Shown here: one piece after another, positions 6,525-20,448 of the stretch
How positions within the stretch are numbered: the first letter of the stretch is position 1
Layout of the letters: each line of letters starts with the position of its first letter
Assembly: GCA_043812655.1 (NCBI GenBank)
Contig: JBDRLW010000017.1
Location: 1 to 39,205 of the forward strand
Direction of reading: 5' to 3'
Length of the DNA stretch: 39,205 bases
Source of the DNA: a bacterium
GTDB lineage: Bacteria > Margulisbacteria > WOR-1 > O2-12-FULL-45-9 > XYB2-FULL-48-7
Position numbers and translations under genes: made by a program
Notes under the pieces: generated by a model
Told to the model about the DNA's origin: nothing
Databases searched by the model: none
The model's input: the letters and a program-made list of their open reading frames with translations, nothing else

Positions 6525-7447
6525 ACAGATGCCCAATAACCTATAAAGAGTGTGGCCAGGAAAAATATTCCAAAACCGGTTTAAAGTTATTGTCCCCAAG
6601 CCTTTCTATCCTGAACGATTTTCCTTATTCCGCGAAAGAACAAATTGACGAGGCTGTTTCACGCGCCGAAAAAATGTCGATCCAAGGGATCCAGCCAAAA
6701 TTGAGCGTGCGGCTAAATTTAAAGGAGCAGGTTTTCGAAGTGGTTGATGCGGGGGGCAACTATATCATCAAACCGCAGCATGAACGCTATGTTGACCTTC
6801 CCCAAAATGAAGACCTGACGATGAAACTGGCCAAAACCGTCGGGATAGAAGTTCCATTGCATGGGATGGTCTATTCCAAAGACGGGTCTTTGTCATATTT
6901 TATTAAAAGGTTTGACCGGCTGCCGAAGGGAGGTAAAGTCGCCCTAGAAGACTTCGCGCAGTTGGCCGGGATGAACCGGCAGACAAAATATGATTATTCG
7001 ATGGAAAATATAGCGGAGATCATCGAAGTCCGTTGTACTTTCCCGGCGGTCGAAAAAGTTAAATTGTTCAAGTTGGTGCTTTTTAACTATCTAGTCGGGA
7101 ATGAAGACATGCACCTGAAGAATTATTCCTTGATCAGGGTTGAAGGTAAGATCCAATTATCGCCCGCGTATGATCTTATTAATACTACGATAGCCGTAAA
7201 AGGGGCGTCTGAAGAGATCGCGCTGACTCTCGCAGGCAAAAAGAAGAAGCTTGAAAAAGGTGACCTGTTTGAATATTTCGCTCGGCAAAGGTTGGGGTTG
7301 AACGATAGTTCTATTGATGGGGTTGTGGACGACTTGTGTGCGGGAATGGAAAAATGGCTGGGGATAATTGGGGTTAGTTTTCTCTCTTCGGATCTCAAAG
7401 AAAAATATTCTAGCTTGTTTAAGGAACGAGCAGGGAGAATATTGTAA
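6521..7447 (+). CDS. hipT: HipA-family Ser/Thr kinase toxin (HipT-type)
   Basis: MSIQGIQPKLS Gly loop, NEDLTM, IKRFDR, EDFAQL, KY, GNEDMHLKNYS, LSPAYD. Confidence 0.92.
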   Translation: MNRCPITYKECGQEKYSKTGLKLLSPSLSILNDFPYSAKEQIDEAVSRAEKMSIQGIQPKLSVRLNLKEQVFEVVDAGGNYIIKPQHERYVDLPQNEDLTMKLAKTVGIEVPLHGMVYSKDGSLSYFIKRFDRLPKGGKVALEDFAQLAGMNRQTKYDYSMENIAEIIEVRCTFPAVEKVKLFKLVLFNYLVGNEDMHLKNYSLIRVEGKIQLSPAYDLINTTIAVKGASEEIALTLAGKKKKLEKGDLFEYFARQRLGLNDSSIDGVVDDLCAGMEKWLGIIGVSFLSSDLKEKYSSLFKERAGRIL

Positions 7448-7496
7448 ACCACCAACACCAAAGTTTTTGGTGTGGCGGTAAAAATACCACTTGACT
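7442..7496 (+). repeat. Direct repeat copy 2: stop codon, hairpin, -35 box
   Basis: TTGTAAACCACCAACACCAAAGTTTTTGGTGTGGCGGTAAAAATACCACTTGACT. Confidence 0.9.
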
Positions 7497-7518
7497 TATT
7501 CTTTTAAAAGGATAAAAT
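7491..7518 (+). promoter_or_regulatory. Putative promoter of the lipoprotein gene
   Basis: TTGACT, 16 bp spacer, TAAAAT. Confidence 0.5.
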
Positions 7519-7543
7519 TACCCTTAATTGGGGGTGTTCATTC

Positions 7544-9334
7544 ATGAAAAAAATAGTTTTTAGTTTAGTCTGTTTGCTCGCCATAAGCGTGGCTATTGTC
7601 GCCGGCTGCGGCCAGCAGGGCGGCGGCGGCGGTGAGGGGGGAAAGAACCCGACCATTTCAGCCAGCGGGCTTTTTGACGTGAGCGGCGCCAAAGCGATCG
7701 TCACCGCTTCATCCGGCGAAACAGTTTCTAGCAGCGCGATCAAAAGTTTTTCAGCGGCCAATGTCACCGAACTGCTAAAATTAAACGCCAGCGGGGAAAT
7801 AACTTCGGTCTTTTCGTCCGCTTTCGGGTCGCAATGGCACCCGCCAATTTCGGTGATAGAAAAAGGGCCGGATGGTTCTTTATATGTCGGTTTCCAATGG
7901 GGGATATGGGTTTCAACTAATGGAGGGAGTGAGTCGGAGGTCGCTTTTTTTAAGATCGATACCAATGGTTCGGTTGAAGTGGTTGACGGTTCTATCCATG
8001 GGGTAGGGACTTGGTATGGCGGCTCAGAAAATGGCGAATTACCGGTCAAGCAGGTGCAGTTTGACAGCGACGGCAATCTCTATTACCTGGGCAAAACAAG
8101 CGCGGGCAATACGATCCTAAAGAAAAAAACCACAGCCGGCGTTATTAGCCAGATCGGCAGTTCAAATTATGAGGTTCGCGATTTCTTGGTGACGCCGGCA
8201 GGCTTGGTGTTTTTCCATGGTTCAAATGTCGGGAATTGGAGCATTGAATGGCTGCGGATAGTTAATGGGTCGACGGTTAATACGGTCTTTTACAATGATG
8301 GGGCCGGTTATTTGCGCGCTTATTATTATTACTCGTACGGCGGGACGGACTATGTTTTCTTGATCGGTGAGAATTTAACCCTTTTAGACAGTAACGCGAT
8401 CCCGCAAAAATATTCTGGGATCATCAGGGTCACTTTAAATGCCAGCGGGGCGCCAAGCGCGGTTGAAGCGCTGTATGATGATAATAATATGTATAACGAA
8501 GATTCCAGCTATAACACCATCGGCGGCCAGCTGACTTGGGGTTTTTGGGACCCGACCGAAATGAAAAACAAGAAATTTTTCGCCTTTGATAATTATGGGG
8601 AGATCTGCCGCCCATTATCCTTAGAAGCCGGCGTGACCGAAAGTTCGATCCGCGATTTTATCCGCAAAAAATACCAAAGCACCACGACCGATACCCTGGA
8701 TAACGTGACTTTTGCCGGGATGTTCACTGCCACTACGGAAAGCTGGCAAGTAAAGAACCTGTTGGATGATCTTGTGTCGGCCAATATCTCGGGAAAAACC
8801 TGGAGCAAATGGCGCGATGAAAACGGTTTGACCGGTGTCCGTTTTGGCAACGCCAAACAAGTGATCTTTTCCGCGAAAAACCGCCTCTACGCTGTGATGC
8901 GCCTTGATAATTGGGGGACGGGAAGTTCAAAGGGGGATAAGCTTTTCCAGATCGTGAATGAATACGGCAGCGCGGAACCGGTCGCTTTCCCGCAGGACAC
9001 GGCTAATTACTATAAATCAATGAGCAAGGTGCGGGCGTGCGGGGATTACGCGGTTTATTTGTCCAACAAAGTCGGCTCGTATAAGATCTATCGCCTTGAT
9101 CTAAACAGTCCTTCCGCCGCGCCAGTCGACCTGATACCGGCCATGTCGAATATTGAAATTTTTAATTTTGATTATGACAGCAGCGCGGGGATGTTGTATT
9201 ATGACGTCTATGACCTAAGCAATAATACGTCTTATTTGGCGCAACAAGCGGTCACTAGCACCACCGTCGGCAGTAAAATATCGGCTGGTGGTTATACCAT
9301 TACCGATGTGGTTCCATTTACAGCTACGAACTGA
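7544..9334 (+). CDS. Hypothetical lipoprotein, 596 aa, probably beta-rich
   Basis: MKK, hydrophobic stretch, VAG-C lipobox and Gly-rich tether. Propeller-like segments such as GPDGSLYV, FDSDGNLYY and KIYRLDL. Confidence 0.8.
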   Translation: MKKIVFSLVCLLAISVAIVAGCGQQGGGGGEGGKNPTISASGLFDVSGAKAIVTASSGETVSSSAIKSFSAANVTELLKLNASGEITSVFSSAFGSQWHPPISVIEKGPDGSLYVGFQWGIWVSTNGGSESEVAFFKIDTNGSVEVVDGSIHGVGTWYGGSENGELPVKQVQFDSDGNLYYLGKTSAGNTILKKKTTAGVISQIGSSNYEVRDFLVTPAGLVFFHGSNVGNWSIEWLRIVNGSTVNTVFYNDGAGYLRAYYYYSYGGTDYVFLIGENLTLLDSNAIPQKYSGIIRVTLNASGAPSAVEALYDDNNMYNEDSSYNTIGGQLTWGFWDPTEMKNKKFFAFDNYGEICRPLSLEAGVTESSIRDFIRKKYQSTTTDTLDNVTFAGMFTATTESWQVKNLLDDLVSANISGKTWSKWRDENGLTGVRFGNAKQVIFSAKNRLYAVMRLDNWGTGSSKGDKLFQIVNEYGSAEPVAFPQDTANYYKSMSKVRACGDYAVYLSNKVGSYKIYRLDLNSPSAAPVDLIPAMSNIEIFNFDYDSSAGMLYYDVYDLSNNTSYLAQQAVTSTTVGSKISAGGYTITDVVPFTATN

Positions 9335-9335
9335 A

Positions 9336-9375
9336 TAAAATACCCCTTGACAGGGAAAGGGTAAAAAGGTAAAAT
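9336..9375 (+). promoter_or_regulatory. Sigma70 promoter of the ribosomal superoperon, also a partial third copy of the direct repeat
   Basis: TAAAATACCCC then TTGACA (9347-9352), 17 bp spacer, TAAAAT (9370-9375). Confidence 0.7.
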
Positions 9376-9452
9376 TATCTTTGTCCCTGGTTCTGGGTTA
9401 AGTTTTGTTCTGTGCTGATCGAGGCTAACTCCTCGTTATAATAGGATAAAAT

Positions 9453-9496
9453 CTTCCCGTTTTTTTTTCCGCCAAAGGCGGAGAAAGAAGGGGGAG
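9453..9496. other. Leader hairpin with TCCGCC-AAA-GGCGGA core
   Basis: CTTCCC-G-T9-CCGCC AAA GGCGG-AGAAAGAA-GGGGGAG is self-complementary allowing G-U pairs. Confidence 0.55.
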
Positions 9497-9522
9497 TTTG
9501 TGCGTTTGGAGGGTTTTTTGTT

Positions 9523-9672
9523 ATGCAGGAAATCGTGACTTTAGTTTGCGGCGAGTGTAAACGAAAAAATTACACATCGACCAAGAACAAAAAGAATGTT
9601 AAAGAAAGGCTGGAGCTCTCTAAATTTTGCAGCCATTGCCGCAAGAGCACAAAGCATAAGGAGGAGAAGTAA
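9523..9672 (+). CDS. rpmG: 50S ribosomal protein L33, zinc-ribbon type (not in the ORF track)
   Basis: Manual translation: [49 protein letters not shown]. Confidence 0.95.
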   Translation: MQEIVTLVCGECKRKNYTSTKNKKNVKERLELSKFCSHCRKSTKHKEEK

Positions 9673-9675
9673 CGT

Positions 9676-9746
9676 GGGCCTGTCGGTTAACGGCAAACCA
9701 CCGGTCTCCAAAACCGGGACTCCCCGTTCAAGTCGGGGCAGGCCCG
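9676..9746 (+). tRNA. tRNA-Trp (anticodon CCA), 3' CCA not encoded
   Basis: Acceptor stem GGGCCTG/CAGGCCC, D stem GGTT/AACC, anticodon arm CCGGT-CTCCAAA-ACCGG, T arm CCCCG-TTCAAGT-CGGGG. Usual rpmG-tRNA-Trp-secE order. Confidence 0.95.
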
Positions 9747-9753
9747 TTTATGC

Positions 9754-9939
9754 ATGAAGAATAAGATCTTAACATACCTGAACGAGACTTTGGCCGAGGT
9801 AAAAAAAGTAGTTTGGCCCGATCGGCGGTATGTTACAGTGGCGACGATCATTGTTCTGGCCCTGGTTTTTATAACCGCGATCTTTGTCATGTTGGTTGAT
9901 TATGGTTTTTCGGCGATATTTAAGGTTTTGTTGAAATAA
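9754..9939 (+). CDS. secE: Preprotein translocase subunit SecE
   Basis: EVKKVVWP followed by one transmembrane helix, with conserved synteny. Confidence 0.95.
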   Translation: MKNKILTYLNETLAEVKKVVWPDRRYVTVATIIVLALVFITAIFVMLVDYGFSAIFKVLLK

Positions 9940-9943
9940 TATA

Positions 9944-10606
9944 ATGACGGAAGAAAATATTAATCAAGAAGAGAATAAGGCCCCGGAGCCAGAAATAGCC
10001 GCTGGGGAAGAACCAGTTCAGCCAGAGGTCTCTGTTCCGGCAGAAGTTCCGGCAATTCCGGAAGCCCCGGTTGAACCGGTCAAAGACGATCGCAAGTGGT
10101 ATGTAGTCCAGACTTTTACTGGCCAGGAGGATAGGGCCAAGCAAGCCATTGAGCAGACTATCCATTCTGAAAATTTAAAGTCTCGAGTATTTAACGTGCT
10201 TGTCCCGGTCGAAGAGACGGTAGAGATTAAAGGGGGGAAACGGGTCGAAAGGATCCGGAAGATGTTTCCGGGTTACGTTTTCCTCGAAATGGTCCTGGAT
10301 GAGACAACTTGGTACCTCATTCGCCAGACTTCGGGTGTCGCCCGATTTATTGGCACCAAAGTTAAGCCAACCCCGGTTTCCGATGACGAGATGAAACGCG
10401 TCTTGAAGCAATTGGGCAAAGAAGAAAAGCTCGAGATCTCGTTTGAAAAAGGGGAGACGGTCAGGGTCATTTCCGGCGCTTTCCGAGGTTACACGGGGAC
10501 GGTGGACGAGCTTAACCCGGAAAAAGGGAAGATGAAGGTCTTGATCAATATTTTTGGCCGGGATACGCCGGTTGAAGTGAATTTTGAACATGCCCAGAAA
10601 ATTTAG
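9944..10606 (+). CDS. nusG: Transcription termination/antitermination factor NusG
   Basis: WYVVQT, KMFPGYV, KOW domain, IFGRDTPVE. Has a Glu/Pro-rich N-terminal extension. Confidence 0.97.
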   Translation: MTEENINQEENKAPEPEIAAGEEPVQPEVSVPAEVPAIPEAPVEPVKDDRKWYVVQTFTGQEDRAKQAIEQTIHSENLKSRVFNVLVPVEETVEIKGGKRVERIRKMFPGYVFLEMVLDETTWYLIRQTSGVARFIGTKVKPTPVSDDEMKRVLKQLGKEEKLEISFEKGETVRVISGAFRGYTGTVDELNPEKGKMKVLINIFGRDTPVEVNFEHAQKI

Positions 10607-10607
10607 C

Positions 10608-10642
10608 GTCGTTAGTCGTAAGTCGTCAGTTGTAAGTTAAAA
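10608..10642 (+). repeat. Heptamer tract filling the nusG-rplK gap
   Basis: GTCGTTA GTCGTAA GTCGTCA GTTGTAA GTTAAAA. Confidence 0.8.
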
Positions 10643-11065
10643 ATGGCAAAAGAATTATTAACCAAAGTTAAGTTACAGATCAAAGCGGGAGCCGCCAACC
10701 CGGCCCCGCCGATCGGGCCAGCCCTCGGCCAGCACGGCATCAACATTATGGAGTTCTGTAAACAATATAATGCCGCGACGAAAGATAAAGGCGACATGGT
10801 CATCCCCGTTGAGATCTCGGTTTTCAAAGACCGCTCCTTTACCTTTATATTAAAGACCCCGCCAGTCGCCGACCTGCTCCGCAAAGCGGCCAAAGTGGAA
10901 AAAGGCTCCGGCGTCCCTAATAAAAATAAAGTTGGCACGGTCACCAAGGCCCAGGTGCGGGAGATCGCCACGATCAAAATGCCGGACATTAACGCCAACG
11001 ATGTTGAAGCCGGCGCCAAGATCGTAGAAGGGACTGCCCGCAGCATGGGGATCACGGTCGAATAA
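10643..11065 (+). CDS. rplK: 50S ribosomal protein L11
   Basis: [29 protein letters not shown]. Confidence 0.98.
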   Translation: MAKELLTKVKLQIKAGAANPAPPIGPALGQHGINIMEFCKQYNAATKDKGDMVIPVEISVFKDRSFTFILKTPPVADLLRKAAKVEKGSGVPNKNKVGTVTKAQVREIATIKMPDINANDVEAGAKIVEGTARSMGITVE

Positions 11066-11066
11066 C

Positions 11067-11750
11067 ATGGGTAAGAAATATAACGAAAAAGTAAAATTAG
11101 TGGCCAAAGATAAGCGGTATTCACCGGCCGAGGCGTTCGCTCTCTTGCCGAAAACCACGGTCGCTAAATTTGATGAGTCGGTAGACCTGGCGATCAAACT
11201 TGGAGTTGACGTCGTCAAAAATCCGTCGATCCGCGGCACGGTCGTTTTACCGGCCGGCAGCGGCAAGACCAGGAAAGTCGCGGTCATCACTTCCGCCGAC
11301 AGGGTTAAAGAAGCGGAAAAAGCTGGCGCGGCAGTGGCCGGCGCCGAAGACCTAATTGAAAAGATAAAAGGCGGATTCCTGGGATTCGATGTTTTAATTG
11401 CTACCCCGGATATGATGGCGGCCCTGGGCAAGCTTGGGAAGATCTTGGGCACAAAAGGTTTAATGCCCAACCCAAAGACCGGGACAGTTACGACAGAAAT
11501 TGCCAAGGCGGTCGGTGAATTTAAAGGCGGCAAAGTTGAATACCGGATGGATAAAGGCGGGGTCGTCAATGTTGGGATTGGAAAAGTTTCTTTTCCCGCT
11601 GATGGCCTGCTTAAGAATTTTAAGGCCACACTTTCGGCGATCATCGCCGCCAAGCCTTCAGGCGTTAAGGGCGTTTACATTAAATCAGTCACAATCTCAT
11701 CTTCAATGGGGCCCGGGATCAAAATAGATCCGAAAGAAGTGATCGAATGA
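11067..11750 (+). CDS. rplA: 50S ribosomal protein L1
   Basis: KFDESVD, RGTVVLP, GLMPNPKTGTV, SSSMGPG. Confidence 0.98.
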   Translation: MGKKYNEKVKLVAKDKRYSPAEAFALLPKTTVAKFDESVDLAIKLGVDVVKNPSIRGTVVLPAGSGKTRKVAVITSADRVKEAEKAGAAVAGAEDLIEKIKGGFLGFDVLIATPDMMAALGKLGKILGTKGLMPNPKTGTVTTEIAKAVGEFKGGKVEYRMDKGGVVNVGIGKVSFPADGLLKNFKATLSAIIAAKPSGVKGVYIKSVTISSSMGPGIKIDPKEVIE

Positions 11751-12277
11751 GCGCCAAAGCCATAGCCAAAAAAAATATAGTCGTTGAAAATTTAAAAGAG
11801 AAGATCAGCCGGTCAAAGGTCGTGGTCGTGACCGACTTCCTAGGTTTTTCCGTTAAAGACATTACCACCCTGCGCCGGAAACTGCGCGCGGCCAACGCGG
11901 AATTTAGCGTCGTAAAAAATACCTTGATCAGCCGGGCAGTGACCGAAAGCGGTTTCCCCAAATTATCCGAACACCTCAAAGGCCCAACCGCGATGCTTTT
12001 GGGCTATGATGACGCCGTGGCGCCCCTTAAGGTCTTGGTTGGCTTTTTAAAGGAAGCAGAAAAAGGTTCGATTAGGATAGGCGTGGTGGAGCAAGATGTC
12101 TTTGGTGAAAAGGACCTAGCGTCGATTTCCAAGCTTCCGTCCAAAGAAATTTTACTGGGTAAAGCGGTCGGCGGCCTCAAGTCGCCGTTATATGGTTTGG
12201 TCAATGTCTTGCAAGGCCCGATCAGAAAATTAGTTTATGTGTTGGATGGTATTAAAGACAAAAAAGGAGGTGCGTAA
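11747..12277 (+). CDS. rplJ: 50S ribosomal protein L10
   Basis: [26 protein letters not shown], plus synteny. Confidence 0.96.
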   Translation: MSAKAIAKKNIVVENLKEKISRSKVVVVTDFLGFSVKDITTLRRKLRAANAEFSVVKNTLISRAVTESGFPKLSEHLKGPTAMLLGYDDAVAPLKVLVGFLKEAEKGSIRIGVVEQDVFGEKDLASISKLPSKEILLGKAVGGLKSPLYGLVNVLQGPIRKLVYVLDGIKDKKGGA

Positions 12278-12279
12278 AG

Positions 12280-12657
12280 ATGTCTAAAGTTGAAGAAATG
12301 ATCACAGCGGTCGAAGGGATGACGGTCCTCGAATTGGCGGACCTGGTCAAAAAACTGGAAGAAAAGTTCGGCGTAACCGCCGCGGCTCCAGTGATGATGG
12401 CTGGCGGGGCCGGTGGAGCTGGTGCCGGAGCGGCCGATGCGCCAAAAGATGAGTTTGATGTTGTGTTAACAGCTTCAGGCGACAAAAAGATCCAAGTTTT
12501 GAAAGTTTTGCGGGAGATCACGGGCCTCGGGCTAAAAGAAGCCAAAGACCTAGTTGATAATGCCCCGAAAACCGTCAAGGAAAAAGTGAAAAAAGAAGAA
12601 GCCGAAGAAGTTAAGAAAAAATTGGAAGCCGAAGGAGCGAAGGTAGAAATTAAGTAA
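12280..12657 (+). CDS. rplL: 50S ribosomal protein L7/L12
   Basis: [21 protein letters not shown]. Confidence 0.98.
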   Translation: MSKVEEMITAVEGMTVLELADLVKKLEEKFGVTAAAPVMMAGGAGGAGAGAADAPKDEFDVVLTASGDKKIQVLKVLREITGLGLKEAKDLVDNAPKTVKEKVKKEEAEEVKKKLEAEGAKVEIK

Positions 12658-15600
12658 TGAAAAACAAAAGAAAGACGATCTTGCAGCATAAAAGGCACGC
12701 GACGCCGCCTGATCTGCTCGAGCTCCAGCGTGATTCTTTCCGCTGGTTCTTGGAAGAAGGTTTATCAGAAGAGCTAAAGCTGGCTTCCCCAATTAAGGGT
12801 TTCCAGAATAAGCTCGAACTTTCTTTTACCGGCAAATGTACCTTTGGCAAGCCAAAGTACGCGCCGGAAGAATGTCTTATCCGCGAGACGACTTACGCGG
12901 TCCCAATTAAGGTTGAGACCCGGCTCCTCAACAAGGAGACGAAAGAAGTTAAGTCCCAAGAGGTTTTTATCGGCGACCTGCCGATGATGACGGAGCGCGG
13001 TACTTTCATTATTAATGGCGCCGAACGGGTAATTGTTTCCCAGTTGGTCCGTTCGCCTGGCGTCTACTATCGGGAATCAAAAAAGAATGAGCGGAGCGGT
13101 AAAATTATTTATTACGCGACCGTCATTCCCGACCGGGGGGCTTGGCTCGAAGTTGAGACCGATGCCGCCGGCGTGATCTTTGCCCGGATCAACCGGACAA
13201 GGAAGATCCCGATCACCATGTTCCTGGCTTCCATCGGCTGCAGCGAAAAAGAGATCCTAGAAGCCCTCTCCGAAGGTGAATATCGGCGGCGTTCGCTTAA
13301 AGAATGCCCGATCCTCCCGCACGACGAGGCACTGATCGAAATTTACAAGCGGCTGCGGCCAGGCGATCCAGTGACCCAAGAGGGGGCGAGCGTCTATCTA
13401 AATAATTTGTTTTTCAATTCACGGCGGTACGACTTGGGACGGGTCGGCCGCTATAAAATGAACCGGAAGCTCGGGATCAAAGTCCCCGAAGACAAGCAGG
13501 TTTTAACCAAAGAAGATATTTTGGCGATGGTCCGCTACCTTATTACTATTAATATGGGGGAAGGGATCTCGGACGATATCGACCACTTGGGGAACCGGAG
13601 GATCCGCGCGGTGGGCGAGCTCTTGTCGCGCCAGATCAGGGTCGGTTTTACCAGGATCGAAAAATTAGTCAAAGAGCAGATGATGATCAAGGGGAATGAA
13701 CCGGTTACCCCGGGACAGCTCATCAATATCAGGCCGCTCCAGGCGGTCATTAAAGAATTCTTTGGTTCAAGCCAGTTATCGCAATTCATGGACCAGACCA
13801 ATCCGCTGGCCGAATTAACCCACAAACGCCGCTTGTCAGCCCTAGGGCCGGGCGGGCTTAATCGCGACCGGGCCGGTTTCGAGGTCCGCGATATCCATCC
13901 GTCGCATTACGGGAGGATCTGCCCGATCGAAACGCCAGAAGGGCCCAACGCCGGGCTTATCGCTTCCTTGTCGACTTACGCCAAGGTCAATAAGCACGGC
14001 TTTATCGAAACGCCGTACCGCAAGGTGGAAAAGGGTTACGTTACAAATAAAATTGAATATATTACCGCCGACGTCGAAGACTTGCAGCGGATCGCTTCGT
14101 GCGACGCCAAAGTCAATGATGACGGCAAGATCTTGGAAGAACAGGTCCCGGTCCGCTATAAACGGGAATTTGTTTTTGCTGCACCAAAAGAAATTGATTA
14201 TATCGGCGTCGCGCCGGAACAAATAGTCGGTATCACCAGCGCCCTTATTCCCTTCCTCGAACATGATGACGCTAACCGGGCGCTCATGGGTGCCAACATG
14301 CAGCGCCAGGCCGTGCCGCTGCTCCAGACCGAAGCGCCGATCGTCGGCACCGGTTGGGAAAAGAAGGTCGCCAATGATTCCCGGACCTTAGTTAAAGCTA
14401 AACACGCCGGTAAAATCTCGAGCGTTGACGCAAGTGAGATAGTGGTCGCCCGCGGCAACGTGAAAGATGTTTATCCTTTGGTCAATTTTGGCCGGAGCAA
14501 CCAAGACACAATGTTATATCAGCGCCCCAGCGTAAAACTTGGCGAAGCGATTGATGAAGGCGATGTCATCGCCGACAGCGCCGCGACCAGCGGCGGTGAA
14601 TTGGCGCTAGGCAAAAACGTCCTGGTAGCGATGATGCCGATGGAAGGGTATAACTACGAAGACGCCATCATCCTGTCAGAAAAATTAGTGAAAAAAGACC
14701 TCTTTACTTCTATCCATATCCAGCGCTTTGAAGTCGAAGTCCGGGCGACAAAACTCGGGATGGAAGAGATCACCCGGGAAATCCCGAACGTCGGCGAAGA
14801 GACCTTGGCCAAGCTCGATGACCGGGGCGTGGTCGTGATCGGCTCCGATGTTGAGGCCGGCGATATTTTAGTCGGTAAAGTCACGCCGAAGGGCGAAACC
14901 GAACTGCCGGCCGAAGAAAAATTACTCCGCGCGATCTTCGGCGATAAGGCCAGGGACATGCGCGATACTTCCCTCCGTGTCCCGCCGGGCGAAGGGGGAA
15001 AAGTTATCGCTGTCCGTGTTTTTTCCCGGGAAAAAGGCGATGAGCTCCCGCCAGGCGTCCACGAATTGGTCCGCGTTTACATGGCGCAAATGCGCAAGAT
15101 CTCGATCGGCGATAAAGTTGCCGGCCGCCACGGGAATAAGGGCGTGGTCGCCAGGATCATGCCGGAAGAAGATATGCCGTACTTGCCGGATGGGACGCCG
15201 GTCGATGTTATTTTAAATCCGCTCGGGGTCCCTTCTCGTATGAATATCGGCCAGATCTTTGAGTTGCTCCTTGGCCATGCCGGCGCGATCCTTAACCGGC
15301 GCTACGAACTGCCGCCATTTGATGAAGCATATGAGGAAGAAGCCTCTATTAAATTCGTCGAAAGCGAGCTGACAGAAGCGGCGGCCAAACGCGACGGCTG
15401 GCTTGACAAGACCGGCAAGGTTGATCTCTACGACGCTAAAACCGGAAGGCTGTTTGGCCGCAAAGTCGCGGTCGGCTACATGTATCTAATGAAGCTGATC
15501 CATTTAGTAGACGACAAGATGCACGCCAGGTCGACAGGCCCATACTCGCTGATCACCCAACAGCCGCTCGGCGGAAAAGCCCAGTTCGGCGGACAAAGGT

Positions 15601-15909
15601 TCGGTGAGATGGAAGTTTGGGCGCTCGAAGCTTATGGCGCCGCCCATACCCTGCAAGAACTTTTAACGGTGAAATCAGACGATGTGGTCGGGCGGTCACG
15701 GGTTTACGAAGCGATCCTTAAAGGGAAGACCATGGGCAAGCCGGGCATCCCCGAATCATTTAAAGTCTTGCTTAAAGAATTACGTGGCCTCGGCATCGAC
15801 ATGAAAACCATTACCCGCGACAACAAGGAAATAAATATCGACGAAGAAGGCCGGTCTGCCAGGGAGTCTGCGCCGCAAATTTTTGGACGCTCGGTAGGAG
15901 GGAACAAAG

Positions 15910-15920
<11 letters not shown>
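12657..15920 (+). CDS. rpoB: RNA polymerase beta subunit
   Basis: [44 protein letters not shown]. Confidence 0.99.
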
Positions 15921-20061
<4,141 letters not shown>

Positions 20062-20448
20062 ATGCCAACAATCAACCAGTTGATCCGTCAGGGACGAGAG
20101 AGTAGAAAGAATAAAAGGAGAGCGCCGGCGCTGAAAGGGAGCCCGCTCCGCCGCGGGACTTGCACCCGGGTCTATACGACAACTCCGAAAAAACCGAACT
20201 CAGCGTTGCGGAAAGTGGCCCGTGTCAGGCTGACGTCGGGGATCGAAGTGTCCGCTTACATTCCAGGTATTGGCCACAACTTGCAGGAACACTCGGTAGT
20301 CTTAGTTCGTGGCGGCCGCGTCAAGGATCTGCCGGGCGTTAGATATCACATAGTCCGCGGCGCGTTCGATACCGCCGGGGTGGAAAAGAGAATGCAGAGC
20401 CGCTCTAAGTACGGCGCCAAAAAACCCAAAGAGGGGGGTAAGAAATAG
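20062..20448 (+). CDS. rpsL: 30S ribosomal protein S12
   Basis: [25 protein letters not shown]. Confidence 0.99.
   Translation: MPTINQLIRQGRESRKNKRRAPALKGSPLRRGTCTRVYTTTPKKPNSALRKVARVRLTSGIEVSAYIPGIGHNLQEHSVVLVRGGRVKDLPGVRYHIVRGAFDTAGVEKRMQSRSKYGAKKPKEGGKK

Noticed and set aside
5843..7496. Integron attC sites or CRISPR repeats
   Set aside because: The ends do not fit RYYYAAC/GTTRRRY, no intI or cas gene is present, and only two full copies exist, 1.6 kb apart.
13760..13860. Rifampicin-resistance changes in rpoB cluster I, and streptomycin sites in rpsL
   Set aside because: [32 protein letters not shown] and RVKDLP match the usual sensitive consensus.
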